Part shown: positions 58,770 to 64,000 of the stretch, in pieces | Position numbering within the stretch: position 1 is the stretch's first letter | Layout of the letters: the number at the start of each line of letters is the position of its first letter | Source of the DNA: Candidatus Dojkabacteria bacterium | Lineage (GTDB): Bacteria; Patescibacteriota; Dojkabacteria; J137 | Assembly (NCBI GenBank): GCA_030950485.1 | Contig: JAUZRK010000003.1 | Coordinates: 20,228 to 84,227 of the forward strand | Direction: 5' to 3' | Length of the DNA stretch: 64,000 bases | Made by a program: the position numbers and the translations under genes | Notes under the pieces: generated by a model | Databases searched by the model: none | Told to the model about the DNA's origin: nothing | What the model saw: the letters and a program-made list of their open reading frames with translations, nothing else

Positions 58770-61760
58770 TTATTGGCATGACTCGCAGTCAGCCCTTTCT
58801 GCAGGGTCTACTGGACAAGCTGTACCAAATACAAGAGTATCACTCTTACTATCTATTTTACTAGTCTGCTTTGCATTAATTCTTTCGTTTTCTGGCTTAT
58901 ATTTTGGCCTAGAAACATTTCCAAATCCTACTCTTGCACCTCCACCTGGAGTTACAGTCGGAGCTTTAACTTCGATCTCTTCTTTATTATCGGGTTTCGC
59001 AAAACCAAATCCTTTTACAGTTTTTGAATTATCTAAAGTTGGTTGTTCATATCTCTTAATGCCACCAAAACCTTTTTTATCAATCTTCTTTGCTTTGTTA
59101 ACCTTGATTGTACTCTGTTCTGCTGTATGTCTTGGCTTTGAGTGTAGATAATAAGTTGTCTTTACTCCTCTTCTCCACGCATCAACATAAATTTCAACCA
59201 TTTCATCAATATCTCTAGTTTCAAGATACATATTTCTACTCATTGCCTGATCCACCCATTTCTGAGCTCTAGAAGCAACCTCTATATAAGCATATGGGGA
59301 AATCTGAAAAGATGTTTTATAAATATCTTTAAGATGCTGTGGAATTTCATCTATATTAGAAATATCTCCATAGTTTTCTAAAACTTTATCTTTCAATTCA
59401 TCCCAAAGACCTAATTCTTTAAGATCTTTTACTAGGTTATGGTTAATATCCAAGAACTTACCATTAGAAGTTGATCTACTGAAAATTTGTGAGAATCTTG
59501 GGTCAATTCCTGGGGAAGTACCAAGCACTAGTCCAGTAGAAGCATTAGGCGCAATTGCCATAGTAGTTGCATTTCTAATACCTCTTTTAACTCTCTCTCT
59601 TAGTTTATTCCAGTCTAATCTTATAGTTCTATCTTGTGTTAATTCAATACCTTCTCCTGGTTTTAAATACTCAGTAGTTTCAGAATTTTTCAGGGCAGAA
59701 ACTTTAGTTGCTGTAATTTCACCAGTTTCAGTTTTCTTACTTTGATCATTTTGATCAATTACGCTGGCCAACATTCCAAAAATTTCATATAAGTCTTTAC
59801 TTTCTTTTGAAGATGCTCCATTAATTCCATCTTCAATTTTATTTCTTATTTGCTCTAGAATTGTCTTTTCTTTAGATACATTTTCATCGTTCTCTGGTTT
59901 TATTTCTGAATAGTTTTTATTAATTTTTTCTATTTCTGTACCTTCTTTAAAAGAGATTCCTAATCTATCAAGAGAAACCTTTTCAACTGTATCAACAGGA
60001 ACATATCCCTTTGACCACATTGATCCTTCAAAATTATTATACGCTCCTCTTTCATCAGCTAAATTACAGCTTTCATCTATTGAAATATAGCTTACAAATT
60101 CAAATACTCTATCTGTAAGTTCAAAAGCCTCGTCTGAATCATATGAAACTCCTAATTTCTCAAATGCCTCTGATAGTCCAGATAAACCCATTCCTACAGC
60201 TCTATTATTATAATCAGAGTTATAAGTTTCTTTTAACGGAGATTTATTTACATCTCCCAAGTTATCCAAATGTCTCATTGTGACTCTTACAGTTTCCTCT
60301 AATAAATCCCAGTCAACTTTATTCTCTATACCTCCATCAGCCTCAAGAGTTAAGTGATTTGTTAGATTTACATATGCAAGATTACATACGGCAATATTAT
60401 CTCTATCTGTTGGTAAAGTAATTTCTGTACATAGATTAGAACAATGTATAGTTCCAGTGTTATTGTTTAATGCCCTTAAATTTATTGTATCTTTCCATGT
60501 TAACCAAGGATGAGCTGTACTTAATAAAGCTGTCAATATCTGTTTCATTTGTTCTCTCGCAGGAACAACTTTGAAATTATTGATTTCGCCAGACTTTGCC
60601 ATTTCTATATACTCTGAGTACCTATTGCTAAATTCATATCCATATAACTCAGTCAGATCTCTACAGTCATCTGGATTAAACATATACCATTCTTCATTAT
60701 TTATTACTCTTTTCATGAACTCATCAGAAATATAAACTGCAGTATTTGCAGTTCTTAATCTTCTATAATCATCTCCAGCATTTTGTCTTAAATCAACAAA
60801 TTCTGGAAAATTTATATGCCAATTCTCCATATAGATAGCCATCGCCCCTGTTTTCTTCCCAGCCCTAGACATTGATTTTAAAGCAGTATCCATTACTTTT
60901 ATAAAAGGAATAGGCCCAGTAGACATAGTATTATTAGACCTTACCTGAGAACCTGCTGATCTTAATTTACTTACTGAAATACCAATTCCTCCAGTTGCCT
61001 TTGAAATCAAAGCTACATTCTTTACATTATCAAATATATGGTTTGTATCATCTTCAGTATCTAAAAGGTAACAGTTACTTAATACTGAAAAAGTAGTACC
61101 AGCTCCAATATTTGTAGATCCTCCAGGAATATATAGTTGTTTTGATAACTTGTCGTAAAAGATTTTTGCTTGCTTTGTTGGCTCACTTTCTTCTAAAGAC
61201 ATTCCCATAGCTATTCTCATCCAAAGGTATTGAGGAGTCTCAAGAAGCTTTTGCTCTCTATTTCTCAACATATACCGATTCGTAGCTGTAGTAAGTCCTA
61301 CAAACTTAAATATGTCATCATTATTTAACATTAAAGCATTAGCAAGTTGGTTCAAATCAAATTTTTCCACTAGCTCTCTATTTAGAAGTTTTAATTCAAC
61401 TCCTTGGTGTATATTTTCTTTAAAACTTTCTCTATATGCAGTAACAAAATTATCATGATCCTTTATATTTAGTATCTCTTTATAATTCTTTAAGTTTAAA
61501 AAACGAGTAGCCAATCTGTCATACTCAACATCGTGTTGGATATTTTGTGTAGTTACTAATATTGCAGTTTCTAAAAGCTGATCAATGTCCATGTCTTCAA
61601 ACACTGTAAGCTCTAGCTCCTCTAATATAGTTTCAACTTTTTCTGCTCTATTAGATAAATCAGCAGTTAACTCATTAAGAATATTTGAAAAAGAATCCCT
61701 ATTAAACGGTACTAGATTTCTCAAATTTCTAAGAGTTTTTATATTAATTAGGCTATTCAT
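58770..61760 (-). CDS. nrdA: Class I ribonucleotide reductase alpha subunit
   Basis: LSNCY, GGIG, SNLCTEI, CNL, AIAP.A, KTTYY, C-terminal CESCQ. Confidence 0.96.
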   Translation of the reverse strand: MNSLINIKTLRNLRNLVPFNRDSFSNILNELTADLSNRAEKVETILEELELTVFEDMDIDQLLETAILVTTQNIQHDVEYDRLATRFLNLKNYKEILNIKDHDNFVTAYRESFKENIHQGVELKLLNRELVEKFDLNQLANALMLNNDDIFKFVGLTTATNRYMLRNREQKLLETPQYLWMRIAMGMSLEESEPTKQAKIFYDKLSKQLYIPGGSTNIGAGTTFSVLSNCYLLDTEDDTNHIFDNVKNVALISKATGGIGISVSKLRSAGSQVRSNNTMSTGPIPFIKVMDTALKSMSRAGKKTGAMAIYMENWHINFPEFVDLRQNAGDDYRRLRTANTAVYISDEFMKRVINNEEWYMFNPDDCRDLTELYGYEFSNRYSEYIEMAKSGEINNFKVVPAREQMKQILTALLSTAHPWLTWKDTINLRALNNNTGTIHCSNLCTEITLPTDRDNIAVCNLAYVNLTNHLTLEADGGIENKVDWDLLEETVRVTMRHLDNLGDVNKSPLKETYNSDYNNRAVGMGLSGLSEAFEKLGVSYDSDEAFELTDRVFEFVSYISIDESCNLADERGAYNNFEGSMWSKGYVPVDTVEKVSLDRLGISFKEGTEIEKINKNYSEIKPENDENVSKEKTILEQIRNKIEDGINGASSKESKDLYEIFGMLASVIDQNDQSKKTETGEITATKVSALKNSETTEYLKPGEGIELTQDRTIRLDWNKLRERVKRGIRNATTMAIAPNASTGLVLGTSPGIDPRFSQIFSRSTSNGKFLDINHNLVKDLKELGLWDELKDKVLENYGDISNIDEIPQHLKDIYKTSFQISPYAYIEVASRAQKWVDQAMSRNMYLETRDIDEMVEIYVDAWRRGVKTTYYLHSKPRHTAEQSTIKVNKAKKIDKKGFGGIKRYEQPTLDNSKTVKGFGFAKPDNKEEIEVKAPTVTPGGGARVGFGNVSRPKYKPENERINAKQTSKIDSKSDTLVFGTACPVDPAERADCESCQ

Positions 61761-61809
61761 AAATTAAATACGTAAAAAAACAAAAATAAAATCAGTATTA
61801 TGCAAATAA

Positions 61810-61857
61810 ATACTATATGTTGTGTCAGTAAACTAGTCTAAACACAAAATATTGTAC
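61810..61857. promoter_or_regulatory. Tandem NrdR boxes
   Basis: ATACTATATGTTGTGT (61810-61825) and ACACAAAATATTGTAC (61842-61857), 32 bp apart, match acaCwAtATaTwGtg, upstream of nrdA. Confidence 0.82.
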
Positions 61858-62391
61858 TGTCAACTTCATAAAAATAATTCTCAAATAGTTTTACTGCAAA
61901 AAAAATCGAAGGTATAAATACAAGTTAGCTAACTTTTAGTTAGTCAAGCATTACATTTTCTGTAGATGATTTCACAAGTATTTAACTTGGAAATTTTTAT
62001 AATAAATATTTGTACATTAGTATATATTCCCAAAACTAGTAACCCTATCTCAAGTCATTTTTTCTTGACATGTCTTCTGAAAAGTGGTTTTCTGTATACA
62101 GAAGAAATTCTTCTATTTCTAATAGAATGATTAGAAATTATATTAATTATTATTAATTTAGCCTATTGAACTTACTTTTTTCCCGGTTCGCTTCGAACCA
62201 GACTCTGGACACATAACTGAAAACTGCTTTTAGTTTTCTAGAATTAAGTTTAGTTGTGTGGTGTGTTAATAGTCTTTATTTCTTAACTTTCTAGACTTTA
62301 AAAATTAAGAAAGTAATTTTTAGGTCATTTTTGGCCTGAAATTAAAAATTTTTAATTTCAATACTTAAGATTTATATTTAATAAATAAAAA

Positions 62392-63435
62392 ATGAATTTA
62401 CTTAAAATAAAAAATACCGTATCAGTAGTAGGTGCACTTGCTATTGCTTTCGGAGGATTTGTAGCTTTTTCTGCTAATTCTAATAGAGTTAACGCTGCAG
62501 CTGTTGCAGTAACAGCATCTCCTATTGAGTTTGCTGCTACAACAGCAACAGATGTTACTGTTTCTTTCACTTCAGGTGCTGAATATGCTATCGGTGAAAC
62601 TATTGTTTTAGATGTTGTTTCATCTTCAGCAGCTACACTAGGTGGTGCTTTAACTGACTGTGGTACTGCTACAACAACTGTAGGAGGTGGAGCAGGATCT
62701 TTTGGATTCTCATCTGGAACAGCAACTTATACATTCTCAGCTGCTTCAACAACAGCAACAACAACTGCATCACTATGTATTAGGTTCCCAGCTACAACAG
62801 CTCAAGGTTCTTACTCAATTTCACTAACAGACTCTGTTGGAAACTTCGGAGCTGAATTAGTATACGTAGGAAATGATAACGATGTATTCGTTTCTGCTAT
62901 CGTACGACCAACTTTATCTTTCAATATTAGAAATATAACTGACACTGCAGATACAAATGTTTGTGCTATGGGTGCTGTTGATACATCTTCTCTTCCAACT
63001 GCTGACGCAACAGTTACAGCTGGAGAAGGAGAGTGTGGTTATTCATTAGCTATTGCTACAAATGCAGCTAATGGATTCCAAGCTACTATTCAAGCTGATC
63101 AAGTTTTCCAAAATGGAGCTGCTGATACTATTGCTAACGTTACAAATGGTGCTGCATTCTCAGCAGGTACTGAGGCTTACGGTTTAGCTTGGGTTAACCC
63201 TGGAACAGCTGCTGCTGGTGAAGGTATTACTGAGAACGGAAATTTCTCTACTAACTCTACACCTGTACCACTTTCAGCTACTAATTTCATCTCTGGAACT
63301 GGACCTGTAACTTATACAGCAGGTACTGATGCTACAGATGTAACAGAAGTTGTTCACGGTTTCGCAGTAAGTTCAGCTACTAATACTGGACTATACTCTC
63401 ATACTATTACTTACTATGTAGACGCTACATTCTAA
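62392..63435 (+). CDS. Secreted Thr/Ala/Gly-rich surface protein (WxL-like/major surface subunit)
   Basis: Signal peptide; Lys-free mature part; C-terminal G.Y...ITY motif; strong codon bias; long 5' region and own terminator. Confidence 0.7.
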   Translation: MNLLKIKNTVSVVGALAIAFGGFVAFSANSNRVNAAAVAVTASPIEFAATTATDVTVSFTSGAEYAIGETIVLDVVSSSAATLGGALTDCGTATTTVGGGAGSFGFSSGTATYTFSAASTTATTTASLCIRFPATTAQGSYSISLTDSVGNFGAELVYVGNDNDVFVSAIVRPTLSFNIRNITDTADTNVCAMGAVDTSSLPTADATVTAGEGECGYSLAIATNAANGFQATIQADQVFQNGAADTIANVTNGAAFSAGTEAYGLAWVNPGTAAAGEGITENGNFSTNSTPVPLSATNFISGTGPVTYTAGTDATDVTEVVHGFAVSSATNTGLYSHTITYYVDATF

Positions 63436-63462
63436 GTCCTAGATAAGAGTTACTAAGAATTT

Positions 63463-63497
63463 AAAAGAGTCCCGTTTTACGGGACTCTTTTCTTTTT
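63463..63497 (+). terminator. Intrinsic terminator
   Basis: AAAAGAGTCCCGT-ttt-ACGGGACTCTTTTCTTTTT. Confidence 0.88.
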
Positions 63498-63572
63498 CCA
63501 TATTTTTTGATTGATCTCAACTTTGTATTCTAATAAGATATAAAAGCTTATCTTATTTTTTTAATTATTTTG

Positions 63573-64000
63573 ATGAAAGTTAAGAGATTTATAACAATAC
63601 TATTCAGTGCGATAGTATTAACACTACCACTACTTACTGGAAAAGCAGATGCTCAGCAAGAGTCAGCCTTTAGAGGGATTATTCTAGATGAATTTAGATA
63701 TGATCTTGGATTAGTTCAACCTGGAGAAGTAATTCAAAAGTCATTTACTATAAAACATGACTTTCAACCTAGAGAAGATGGATCTGTTAGAGATATAACA
63801 GTTTACCCTGAACCTAGAGATATAGGGCAAGATGGTGATACAAGAACTTTTATCTACGATTTACCTTATGAAACGAGCTTAGCGTCTTGGATAGAACTTG
63901 GACAAACTTCATTCTATTTTGATCAACAAGAGGAAGAAGGTGAAGTAACTTTCACTATAATAGTTCCTCAAAACGCAGAACCAGGCTCTAGGGCTGCAGG
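63573..64000 (+). CDS. DUF916/WxL-interacting-like secreted protein (truncated by window edge; not in ORF track)
   Basis: MKVKRFITILFSAIVLTLPLLTGKADAQ signal; PGE....F.I, SLASWI, V.FTI.VP.NAEPG. Confidence 0.65.
   Translation, partial: MKVKRFITILFSAIVLTLPLLTGKADAQQESAFRGIILDEFRYDLGLVQPGEVIQKSFTIKHDFQPREDGSVRDITVYPEPRDIGQDGDTRTFIYDLPYETSLASWIELGQTSFYFDQQEEEGEVTFTIIVPQNAEPGSRAA

Noticed and set aside
59640-59950. Intein in nrdA
   Set aside because: No Cys/Ser start with His-Asn end, no LAGLIDADG motif, and not at the active-site insertion point
62165-62270. tRNA or known riboswitch upstream of the surface-protein gene
   Set aside because: GGTTCG resembles a T-arm but no cloverleaf can be built; no recognisable aptamer consensus; kept only as a structured-leader finding
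636-62570. Short antisense/overlapping ORFs in the track (e.g. 636-887, 1375-1623, 9450-9662, 19728-20033, 36784-37164, 52319-52732, 62358-62570)
   Set aside because: They are shadows of well-supported genes on the other strand or frame, with no recognisable motifs
1-64000. Genetic code 25 (TGA=Gly) as in Gracilibacteria/Absconditabacteria
   Set aside because: Long conserved genes are intact under code 11 and TGA terminates pheA copy 1 at its expected end

Overview
AT-rich 64 kb chromosomal segment of a Patescibacteria/CPR bacterium, plausibly Dojkabacteria-like (inferred from the missing rpmD in the spc operon, DUF4012/DUF916-type surface genes and many apparently leaderless genes). 1.3-13.5 kb is the tuf-S10-spc-secY superoperon on the minus strand. 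13.8-25.7 kb is an accessory island unusual for CPR: terminal Phe/Tyr biosynthesis genes (two prephenate dehydratases, aminotransferase, prephenate dehydrogenase, chorismate mutase) preceded by a cryptic ATP-grasp ligase-like gene. These sit under an unannotated classical attenuator (21-aa leader peptide with YFFFYFF, antiterminator and terminator). Next to it are a DAHP synthase, an NHLP/Os1348-like RiPP precursor-type peptide, a degenerate tandem cyclase/TPR giant protein and an RRE-fused M50 protease. The rest holds housekeeping and accessory genes: ABC1 kinase, ABC-F, truB, msrB, pyrH, truncated PPDK, M20 peptidase, GT4, rpiB, dnaG, rnhB, rplS, an ECF sigma with a hydrolase-fused partner, NrdR-boxed nrdAB whose R2 has class Ic signatures, and a WxL/DUF916-like surface pair. 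Five genes are broken by frameshifts or in-frame stops, which may be assembly error or decay. No rRNA, tRNA, CRISPR array or transposase was recognised. All family calls come from motif recognition by eye, not database searches.
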